Below, piece after piece: positions 55,804-64,000 of a stretch of DNA of 64,000 nt (position 1 is its first letter; each line of letters begins with the position of its first letter). The position numbers and the translations under genes were made by a program. Origin of the DNA: Candidatus Aenigmatarchaeota archaeon (GTDB lineage Archaea; Aenigmatarchaeota; Aenigmatarchaeia; GW2011-AR5). Below the pieces are notes generated by a model. It did not search any database. It had not been told where the DNA came from and saw nothing but the letters and a program-made list of their open reading frames with translations. The stretch lies in the NCBI GenBank assembly GCA_016187335.1, contig JACPJW010000001.1, positions 448,001-512,000 of the forward strand. The letters are read 5' to 3'.

Positions 55804-58800
55804 ATGATGTTGCCGATGGATATGCGAAAAGGCGTTGTCAAAGGGTTCGTAGCAGTCAGCGCAATATTCCTGCTTGCGCTAGCCGTTTTCTTCGTTGCAA
55901 ATTACGTCTTCACGGTTTTCGCAACAGCTTCTTTGTCTTCCAACAATGTCGCGGCAGGACAGGGCAATGCGACCTTTGACACGAACCAGACGGGCATAGA
56001 CATAAACATAACGATAAACATCACGTCAATAAGCGGCGGCGTGAGCCAGGCGATTCAGGCGATAGATGTCAACATTACGCAGGCAGGATTTGTAAATGTA
56101 ACGGCAGAAAATCTGAGGTGTCCTGACAGTGCAACACTGACATGGGTTAATTCTTCTCTCACCGCAGGCACTGATGTTGTGCTCCGCTGCGCGAACGGAA
56201 CAGCGGCAGGCGCAGCACAGCTTAACAACACAGTTACGCAGCTCCGAATTGTCGGATTGACAGCAAGGAACAGCCCGGGAACTCCTACGTTTAACGTAAG
56301 CCTGAAGTACAACTCTTCAATGGCTGTTGAAAACAGCACTTTGATGACATTGACAATCCTTGAACTCCAGGCATCATCTTCTTTGAATGATACGACATCG
56401 CGCATAGACGAGCAGCGCAGCTACAACTTCACCATAACAAATAACGCGACAGAAAACGAGAACTACGAAAAAATAGATGAAATCAGAATAGATTATACGC
56501 TTTCAGGATTCACGGATACAGGCGGCGCGAATGTAACGTGCCCTACAAACTTGGGAACTCCTGCATGGGACCTGGTGAACAGCTCGGCAAGCAATGTCAT
56601 AAGATGTTCAAAGCCTGCAAGCGGAGGTTCGTCTTTGGACAAAGGTTCGTCCACTAACATTGTCATCAGAAACTGGGGCGCTTCGCCGATAGCCCAGACA
56701 AGAAGGTTTATCATAATTGTCAACGGCACCAACGCCAACGGCACATACACGGTTGCAAACCAATCAAGCCCTAGCGTTGTTGTGAACGGAACAATTAATG
56801 TTACGGGAACATCTGTCACGCCTTCCACGGTTGCGAGGAACGCGACAAATGTCACTTTGATGCGTTATGCATTCAACACGGTCGGCGAGCAGTTCAACGT
56901 GTCTTTGATAAAGCTCACGCTGAGCGGCTCTGCGGCAGAAAGCGACTTTGACGGGATAAGGCTTGTAAACGACTCCAACGCCGACGGCGCGTATGACGCA
57001 ACAGACACACCTGTTTTGAACGCTTCAGCCCTTTCTGCTGCGAGGCAATACGAGTTCGTCGGCAACCTCAGGATTTCCGACAACAACACTTTGCTTTTGG
57101 TTGCAAACTTTTCCGGCTCTGCGGTGGGCGGGCGCACTTTCAGGTTCAATCTCAATGCAACATCCGACATAGATTCCCTTGGCGGGAATTCCGGCGCTAA
57201 CGTCACGGAATCATTGGTAACAACGCAGTCAAACCAGGGCACGATACACGGCACCCTTGTGGTGAAGGGATACAACCTGGTGCCTACAACGAAAGCGATA
57301 AACACTGCAAACCTTGCCTTTGCTTACCTTGAATTCAACGCGACCGGCGAGGGCATGAACATATCACTGTTCAATATTACAAGAACAGGCTCTGCAACAG
57401 ACAGCGACGTTGTCCTTGTCCGTCTGTTCAACGACACGAACGCAAATGCTGCATTTGACGCGGGAACGGACACCCAGCTCGGCGCCGCGCTGAACGCAAG
57501 CTCCAGCAGCCAATATACATTCACAGGCTTCCAGTACAACATTTCAGCAGGCAGCGAAAGCAGGATATTCATTGTCGCGAACATAACATCGGCAACAGGC
57601 GGCCGGCTTGTTTCCTTCGGCCTGAACAGGACGGGCGACTTGCAGGTTGTCGGCGCAGCGACCAACGAAAACTTCACAGCCACGAAAAACATATCGTTTG
57701 TCACCGCGCAGTCCGGGACGACAAAAATACACGGAACGCTCAATATTATAGGAAAGGCCTTGAACCCTAATACGACGGCGATAAACACAGCAGGCTTGGC
57801 TGTATTGCTCCTGAACTTTACCGCAGAGGGCGAAACGATCAACGTGACGCAGATTAATCTTACAAGGACGGGATCGGTAACTGACGGCGACGGCATATTC
57901 AACGTGAGCCTGTACAACGACACGGACAGGAGCGGAACATGGAATTCCGCGGATATAGTTGTCACAAACGACACAGCGAATGCGCTGAACGTGACAACAT
58001 CAAGCCAGTACATTTTCCTGACATTGAATGATCAATCTGGGGACCTTGCCGGCAACGGCTACAACGTAACGACCGCGGGCTCTTCCCTGCTTGTGGTTGT
58101 AACAACAAACGCCTCCACGTCAACAGGCGGCAAGACGTTCAACCTGACCCTTAACGGCTCGGGCAGCGTGCAGGCATTCACCAATACATCCGCAGTGAAC
58201 CTCACAGGCTCCACAAATGTGACGCTGACGACCACGAACGGGAATCTGACGACAATATTCGGTACCCTTGCTGTATCCGGCACGCACATAGCGCCCGCGA
58301 CAGCTGATGCGGGCCAGCTTGCCGTCGCAATATTAAATGTCACGTTCGCAGCGACGGGCGAGCAGATGAACATAACCCAGATCAACATAACGCTGAACAA
58401 TACAAACAACAACGACGCATCTGCCGTCAAGCTGTACAACGACACGGACAGGAGCGGCTCTGTGAATGCCGGCGATTTACTTGTGGCAACAGCGACGGTC
58501 TCAGGCAGCATAGCAAGGTTCGGCACAGGAGCGGGTCAGCTGTTCAACGTCAGCGCCGGCGCGCAGAAAACCATGCTTGTGGCTTACGACATTAACTCAA
58601 CGGCAACGGGCGGCGACACATTGGATGCACACTTGGATGCAGCAGGAAACTTGACCGTGACCAGCGGCACGTCAGGCTTGTCAATAACCGCGTCAGGAAC
58701 TCCGGTGAACCCTGCTGGCAGCACGCAGGTAGTTGCGTTAGTTGCTACGGTCACTCTTGATTTCACATCCACGACGATAACGGCAACCGACAACTACAAT

Positions 58801-61800
58801 TTCACTATACAGAACACGGGCGGCGAGGAAATAAACAGCATGATGATAGATTACACGGCTTCAGGCTACTTTGACCCGCTCGGAAGCGATGTGACATGCC
58901 CGACGATAGCAGGAGGGGCATGGACCAAAACGAATGTGACCACAATAAACACACTAAACTGCACTTCGCCGGGCGGTGCCAACAACCTTGCCGTAAACGG
59001 CAAGGCAAACATAACCGTAAAGAACTTCCAGGCTGGCACATCAGCGGGCATCAAGACGTTCATTGTGCAGGTGCGCGGAACATCAGGCGGATTCTTCAAT
59101 GCGACGTCCAGCAACGTTACTGTTTCCGGATTCCTGAACATAACAGGAGCGAACCAGATCGCGGCAGCAGTTGCTGTTAATTCGACAAACGTTTCCGTCA
59201 TCAGGTACAACTTCACAGCAAGTGGCGAGCAGATGAACATAACGGTGATAAAGCTCACCCGCGCGGGAACATCGCGAGAAAGCGACATTGTCAGCGTGAA
59301 ATTGTTCAACGATACTAATGCTGACCAGCTGTATACACAAGCAACGGACGCGACCCAGATAGGAACGACAAAGACAGCAAACAACACCGGTGGCCAGTAT
59401 GAATTCACCGGCTTGTCGTTCTTCGTGCCTACAGACGGCAACATGTCCCTGTTCGCTGTGGTTGAAACAGGCGGCACGACGTCAACAGGCGGAAAGACGC
59501 TGATACTTAACCTGAACGGAACAGGCGATGTCAACGCCGCCGGCTCGTCAACCGGAGCGAATATCACGGAAAACCTTACCGGAACGGCATCAACAGCGTC
59601 AACGATATTCAGCAAGTTAGTAGTCTTAGGAAAGAGCCTTGTTTCATCAACGGTTGGCCTGAACACGAGCGGCTTAGCAGTTGTCCAGTTCAACCTGACA
59701 TCGCAGGGCGGCGAGCAGATAAACATAACTGAAATAAATCTTTCAAGGGTCGGCTCCGTAGTTGACGGCGACGTATTCAACGTGTCGCTTTACAACGACA
59801 CCGACCTCTCAGGAACGTTCAACGGCGGCGACACTGCCATAGGAACTGTAGGCCTGAATACAACAGCATCACCAGGATTGTACAGATTCACGGCCATAAA
59901 CTTCAACATGACGACAGCAACGAAGACGCTGTTCGTTGTGCTTACTGTCAATGATACGGGCTCGGGCAGGACATTCAACGTGAGCATAAACTCAACAGGC
60001 AGCATCCACGCATGGGCAACGACATCAAACATCAACCTGACCGGCACAACAAACCTCACATTGACGACGGCATCATCGTCAACAACCACGATAGCAGGCG
60101 GTTTCACAGTAACAGGAAAGAACCTAGCGCCTTCAACGAAGGTCATCAGCACCGCAGGCCTGCCGGTATTGCAGCTCAACTTCACCGCGACTGGGGAAAT
60201 GATGAACGTCACAGTGATAAAGATAACGCAAAAAGGAAGTGTTACAGCCGGCGAGGTTTACAATGTTTCGCTTTATAAGGACACGGATGCCTCAGGCACC
60301 TTCAACGCAGGCGATACGTTGCTAGGAAGCCCTCAGAATACCACATCAGCTAGCCAGTATGTGTTCACAGGATTCCTGTATAACATCACAACAACGGCCC
60401 AGGGCAACAGTACCCTGTTTGTTATAGTTACTATAAACAATACTGCCGGAAACGCATTCAATCTGAGCCTTAATTCAACAGGCGATATTGATACATTATC
60501 AGACACAACCCAACAGAATGTGAGCGAAACAATAACGACAGCAGAATCTTCAACGACGACAATACACGGAACGCTCACGGTCACAGGAAAGACAATCGCG
60601 CCGCTGACGAAGGTGATAGGTACTGCGAACCTTTCCGTGCTGCAGCTCAACTTCACGGCATCAGGCGAAGCCATGAATATATCGCTTGTAAATTTCAGCC
60701 TGATAGGAACAGCAACAGAAGCTAACCTGACAAACGTCAGGCTTGTGAACGACACCAACGGCAACGGCCAGTATGACGCAACCACGGATACGCTGCTGAG
60801 CCCTGTGCTGAACACGACGTCCGGAGTATTATTCAGATTCGGCTCGCTGACTTACTTCGCGAACACGGGCGGCGTGAACACGATATTTGTAGTGGTCAAC
60901 ATTACAGGAGTAACCGCAGGCACAGGCGGCAACTTCTTCAACTTCAGCATAAACACCACCAATGACATGCATGTTGTCGGAAGAAGTTCCATAATCAACA
61001 TAACAGCCACGACAAACATAACGCTTACAAGCACGGCTTCGTCCGTGAACACGACAATACACGGAACATTGAACGTAACCGGCAAGAGCCTTGCTATTTC
61101 GGCAACAACGCCTTCAACGGCAAACTACACCGTGATGCTTATCAACTTCACGGCAGTCGGCGAGGGCATGAACATAACCAAGATAAACATAACGCGTTCA
61201 GGAACGGCAACTGACGGCAACTTCACGCTGCTGAGATTATTCAACGACACCGACCTCTCAGGAACGTTCAACGGCGGCGACCTCCAGATGCTCGGCGCCA
61301 TAAACTCGTCGACAAACGGAGAATACGTGTTCAGCGGCCTCTTCAACATCACGGGAGGAGCTAGCAACACGCTGATACTTGTAATAAACATAACAAACAC
61401 AGCCTCCGGCGGCGCAACGTTCAACTTCAGCGTGACGGGCACAGACAAGTTGCAGGTGTTCACAACATCATCAAATGTGAACCTGACCGCCTCGAGCAAC
61501 ATTACCGTAAGCAATGTGTCATCATCAACAACGACAATCAATTCAGTCACACTGCAGGGACTAAGCCTGATAGAAACAGCTACAAACAAGACGTTGGACA
61601 GCGGGACCGGCTTTTATGAAATCCCTTCAAACGAGGCTAACATAGCTGTCATGCGCATAAACCTGACTGCCGTCGGCGAGAACATGAACCTGTCAGTCAT
61701 CAAACTTACACGGGCAGGATCAAGCGGACTTTCAGATGACAACATTGTAAATGTAAGGTTATTCAACGACACCAACGGCAACGGAAGGTTTGATTCCGGA

Positions 61801-62394
61801 AGCGATACGCAGATCGGCTCGGCGGTAAACGGGGTAGTTTCCAACAAATATGAGCTGACAGGATTCCAGTATAATGTGACGACAAGCGGCGTCAACACGC
61901 TGTTCGTTGTCCTTAACACGACAGCAAAGCCTTCATGGAATCCCGAGGTGTACTTTAACCTGAGCATCGCGTCAACGGATGACGTGAACATAATAGGCGC
62001 CGTAACGGCAACCAACATGTCGGAAACGCTGACGACAGTGCTTATGAACTCAACAAAGATAACTTACAGGGGATGGTATAATTTCACCTTCACAAGCAGT
62101 GGAACCATTACCGCGTTTGGAGTCGGGTGGAACAGTTTCACTTTGCCTATACAGACGGATATAGAAGGGACTGGAAGAAACGCTTCAAGCACAGGCAACT
62201 TTAATGTATCGTCCATAATGTCGAGCTTAGGCTCAAACTGGAGGTACATACGCTACAACACGAATGGCTCAAGTACAGGCTGGGTGCTTGCCGACAGGAC
62301 AGATCCTGGAGGCTCAACGCTTCAGTACATGAACAACACGAACAGCAATCCTTACTGGATAAACATGGCTGCGACAGACAGGCTTGAGCTGTGA
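55804..62394 (+). CDS. 2196-aa repetitive Asn/Thr-rich surface glycoprotein
   Basis: N-terminal signal/TM and about 10 repeats of about 130 aa, each with an (N/K)D(T/S)(D/N)xxGxF/Y-type loop. C-terminal GWNSFTLP...YWINM domain. Confidence 0.88.
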   Translation: MMLPMDMRKGVVKGFVAVSAIFLLALAVFFVANYVFTVFATASLSSNNVAAGQGNATFDTNQTGIDINITINITSISGGVSQAIQAIDVNITQAGFVNVTAENLRCPDSATLTWVNSSLTAGTDVVLRCANGTAAGAAQLNNTVTQLRIVGLTARNSPGTPTFNVSLKYNSSMAVENSTLMTLTILELQASSSLNDTTSRIDEQRSYNFTITNNATENENYEKIDEIRIDYTLSGFTDTGGANVTCPTNLGTPAWDLVNSSASNVIRCSKPASGGSSLDKGSSTNIVIRNWGASPIAQTRRFIIIVNGTNANGTYTVANQSSPSVVVNGTINVTGTSVTPSTVARNATNVTLMRYAFNTVGEQFNVSLIKLTLSGSAAESDFDGIRLVNDSNADGAYDATDTPVLNASALSAARQYEFVGNLRISDNNTLLLVANFSGSAVGGRTFRFNLNATSDIDSLGGNSGANVTESLVTTQSNQGTIHGTLVVKGYNLVPTTKAINTANLAFAYLEFNATGEGMNISLFNITRTGSATDSDVVLVRLFNDTNANAAFDAGTDTQLGAALNASSSSQYTFTGFQYNISAGSESRIFIVANITSATGGRLVSFGLNRTGDLQVVGAATNENFTATKNISFVTAQSGTTKIHGTLNIIGKALNPNTTAINTAGLAVLLLNFTAEGETINVTQINLTRTGSVTDGDGIFNVSLYNDTDRSGTWNSADIVVTNDTANALNVTTSSQYIFLTLNDQSGDLAGNGYNVTTAGSSLLVVVTTNASTSTGGKTFNLTLNGSGSVQAFTNTSAVNLTGSTNVTLTTTNGNLTTIFGTLAVSGTHIAPATADAGQLAVAILNVTFAATGEQMNITQINITLNNTNNNDASAVKLYNDTDRSGSVNAGDLLVATATVSGSIARFGTGAGQLFNVSAGAQKTMLVAYDINSTATGGDTLDAHLDAAGNLTVTSGTSGLSITASGTPVNPAGSTQVVALVATVTLDFTSTTITATDNYNFTIQNTGGEEINSMMIDYTASGYFDPLGSDVTCPTIAGGAWTKTNVTTINTLNCTSPGGANNLAVNGKANITVKNFQAGTSAGIKTFIVQVRGTSGGFFNATSSNVTVSGFLNITGANQIAAAVAVNSTNVSVIRYNFTASGEQMNITVIKLTRAGTSRESDIVSVKLFNDTNADQLYTQATDATQIGTTKTANNTGGQYEFTGLSFFVPTDGNMSLFAVVETGGTTSTGGKTLILNLNGTGDVNAAGSSTGANITENLTGTASTASTIFSKLVVLGKSLVSSTVGLNTSGLAVVQFNLTSQGGEQINITEINLSRVGSVVDGDVFNVSLYNDTDLSGTFNGGDTAIGTVGLNTTASPGLYRFTAINFNMTTATKTLFVVLTVNDTGSGRTFNVSINSTGSIHAWATTSNINLTGTTNLTLTTASSSTTTIAGGFTVTGKNLAPSTKVISTAGLPVLQLNFTATGEMMNVTVIKITQKGSVTAGEVYNVSLYKDTDASGTFNAGDTLLGSPQNTTSASQYVFTGFLYNITTTAQGNSTLFVIVTINNTAGNAFNLSLNSTGDIDTLSDTTQQNVSETITTAESSTTTIHGTLTVTGKTIAPLTKVIGTANLSVLQLNFTASGEAMNISLVNFSLIGTATEANLTNVRLVNDTNGNGQYDATTDTLLSPVLNTTSGVLFRFGSLTYFANTGGVNTIFVVVNITGVTAGTGGNFFNFSINTTNDMHVVGRSSIINITATTNITLTSTASSVNTTIHGTLNVTGKSLAISATTPSTANYTVMLINFTAVGEGMNITKINITRSGTATDGNFTLLRLFNDTDLSGTFNGGDLQMLGAINSSTNGEYVFSGLFNITGGASNTLILVINITNTASGGATFNFSVTGTDKLQVFTTSSNVNLTASSNITVSNVSSSTTTINSVTLQGLSLIETATNKTLDSGTGFYEIPSNEANIAVMRINLTAVGENMNLSVIKLTRAGSSGLSDDNIVNVRLFNDTNGNGRFDSGSDTQIGSAVNGVVSNKYELTGFQYNVTTSGVNTLFVVLNTTAKPSWNPEVYFNLSIASTDDVNIIGAVTATNMSETLTTVLMNSTKITYRGWYNFTFTSSGTITAFGVGWNSFTLPIQTDIEGTGRNASSTGNFNVSSIMSSLGSNWRYIRYNTNGSSTGWVLADRTDPGGSTLQYMNNTNSNPYWINMAATDRLEL

Positions 62395-62481
62395 TAAACT
62401 TTCTTAGAAAGAAAGTTTAATCAAAGAAATAATCCCTTTTATTTTTATTTGCATTATATTCATCAGAACGGGTGTGGAAAA

Positions 62482-63810
62482 GTGAAGAATAAATTTTTTT
62501 TATCACTGACGGTATTTTTAGTTCTGCTTGCTTCCGTTTCATTTGCATCGCCTTACTTCTTCAAAGGCATTGCCCATGTCAACGGCTCCCTGGCGCCTAA
62601 CGGCACTGTGATAGAAGTTTTTATCCCATCCAACGCTTCAACCCCGCGAAGTTCCGTGACAATAGGAGAAGGTAATCTGGCCGGCCTTGACCCCGGCAAA
62701 TACGTCATTTCATTTGACGCCGACGCCGGCAATACGCTTTCGTTCAGGGTCAACGGATTAAACATGACCACAGGCAACGGGACGGACAACACAACGCAGA
62801 CACTGGGCGCGGATATTGTATCAGGCTTCAATCTTTCAATAAACAAGTCAGCCAACGCCGCGGCGTGCACTTTTGCTAATGCATGCACAGGCGGCTTCTG
62901 CGTGCATTCCCTATGCAGGAGCGCGTCAACCTTCTGCGGCGACGGATTCTGCGATTCGGGCGAATCCACGTCCAGCTGCAGCGCTGACTGCGGCTCATCA
63001 TCAAGCAGCAGCAGTAGCACCAGCGGAGGCGGCGGAGGCGGGGGGACAGGGCCTTCAACAACGCTGCCGTCAACAACGACATCGCCTGTGACCGTAACGG
63101 CAAATACGCCGGCAGCAGTTGCAATCACGGAAACAAAGCTGCCCGTGAGCGAGATAGTTTTGACAACGAATGCTGATGTGACGAATGTCCAGGTTACTGT
63201 CAAGGAAGTTTCGCAGCCTTCCGGCGCGAGCGTTGCAATTTCCTCGGATGTCGGCAAAGTTTTCAAATACATTGAAATAACAACGACCGCCGCCGTCGCT
63301 CAGGTCAGCAAGGCAAAAGTGAAATTCAAGGTTGACAAGGTATGGCTAAGCTCGAATAATATTGATTCGTCAACAGTCGCTTTGAACAGGCTTGTCGGCA
63401 CTTCATGGACCAAGCTGCCTACGACAAAGACGTCGGAGGATTTCGCCGTCGTATATTTCGAAGCAGAAACGCCGGGCTTTTCAACCTTTGCTATTACCGG
63501 AGAGAAAGTAACCGCTGCGCCCGCGTGCGGCAACAATATTATTGAATCGGGCGAGGAATGCGACAGTCAGCAGCTTTCAGGGCAGACGTGCGTGACAAAA
63601 GGATTCACGGGCGGAACGCTGAAGTGCACTTCGTGCAGGTTTGATACAAGCGGATGCACGGGTCCCGGGCCAGCGCCGCCGCCGGGCGAAGAAAAGCCGC
63701 CTGAGGAAAAGCCAATAACTGCTGTCCCAGACATAACACTTTACGCTGCGATAGCTGTTGTGATCCTGCTGGTTTACTACTTCTTTTTCCGCAAAAAGGG
63801 GAAGAAATAG
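62482..63810 (+). CDS. PGF-pre-PGF domain surface protein with a C-terminal TM
   Basis: Cys-rich module, Ser/Gly linker, AETPGFSTFAI, CGNNIIESGEECD, then a TM and RKKGKK. Confidence 0.85.
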   Translation: MKNKFFLSLTVFLVLLASVSFASPYFFKGIAHVNGSLAPNGTVIEVFIPSNASTPRSSVTIGEGNLAGLDPGKYVISFDADAGNTLSFRVNGLNMTTGNGTDNTTQTLGADIVSGFNLSINKSANAAACTFANACTGGFCVHSLCRSASTFCGDGFCDSGESTSSCSADCGSSSSSSSSTSGGGGGGGTGPSTTLPSTTTSPVTVTANTPAAVAITETKLPVSEIVLTTNADVTNVQVTVKEVSQPSGASVAISSDVGKVFKYIEITTTAAVAQVSKAKVKFKVDKVWLSSNNIDSSTVALNRLVGTSWTKLPTTKTSEDFAVVYFEAETPGFSTFAITGEKVTAAPACGNNIIESGEECDSQQLSGQTCVTKGFTGGTLKCTSCRFDTSGCTGPGPAPPPGEEKPPEEKPITAVPDITLYAAIAVVILLVYYFFFRKKGKK

Positions 63811-63835
63811 GAAAATTACATGATACGAGAACATA

Positions 63836-63855
63836 CCACCGACTTTAGTCAGTGG
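63836..63855. mobile_element. Second IS200/IS605-like hairpin remnant
   Basis: CCACCGAC-TTTA-GTCAGTGG, with the same GAC-TTTA-GTC core as 45846-45869. Confidence 0.4.
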
Positions 63856-63905
63856 ATTATGTTTATATCACTTTCTTAAATTTTCATCTTAATCTTATTT
63901 GCATT

Positions 63906-64000
63906 ATGTTGCCAAAAAAAGTTGTGCGAAGCAAATTATTATTTGTCTTTATGCTGTTTTCCGTTCTTCTCGTATCCGGCTGCGTCCAGCAGCAGAGGGA
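63906..64000 (+). CDS. Lipoprotein-like protein, 3'-truncated by the window edge
   Basis: Translates MLPKKVVRSKLLFVFMLFSVLLVSGCVQQQR, with the same SGCVQ signal as 31053-32276. Confidence 0.65.
   Translation, partial: MLPKKVVRSKLLFVFMLFSVLLVSGCVQQQR

Noticed and set aside
56055-63272. Many long minus-strand ORFs opposite the giant glycoprotein and PGF genes
   Set aside because: Antisense shadows caused by biased codon use in Thr/Asn-rich genes.
1-64000. CRISPR array, rRNA, RNase P RNA or SRP RNA
   Set aside because: No regularly spaced repeats and no diagnostic conserved RNA motifs were seen.

Overview
Archaeal chromosomal segment, most likely from a DPANN-type lineage (inference from the S-layer, PINA, TFS and EndoQ genes, the many lineage-specific surface proteins, and BHB-type tRNA introns). 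It carries housekeeping genes (hisS, tfs, agmatinase, a glyA-thyA-folA cluster) and very large surface proteins (S-layer, S8 protease, a 2196-aa repeat glycoprotein). A 1492-aa membrane protein with a lytic-transglycosylase-like domain lies upstream of four paralogous lipoproteins. Decayed islands sit at tRNA 3' ends. The most striking hidden signal is in the RNA genes. All eight tRNA genes that I could reconstruct by hand are interrupted by bulge-helix-bulge (BHB) introns: 18 introns in total, 14 at non-canonical positions, and one tRNA-Leu has four. Many introns share two short hairpin sequence families. One family also occurs in intergenic DNA and inside a coding tail, which suggests a small mobile element that uses tRNA introns as safe havens. 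All calls were made by eye, with no database searches. Start codons were adjusted where the ORF track over-extended them.
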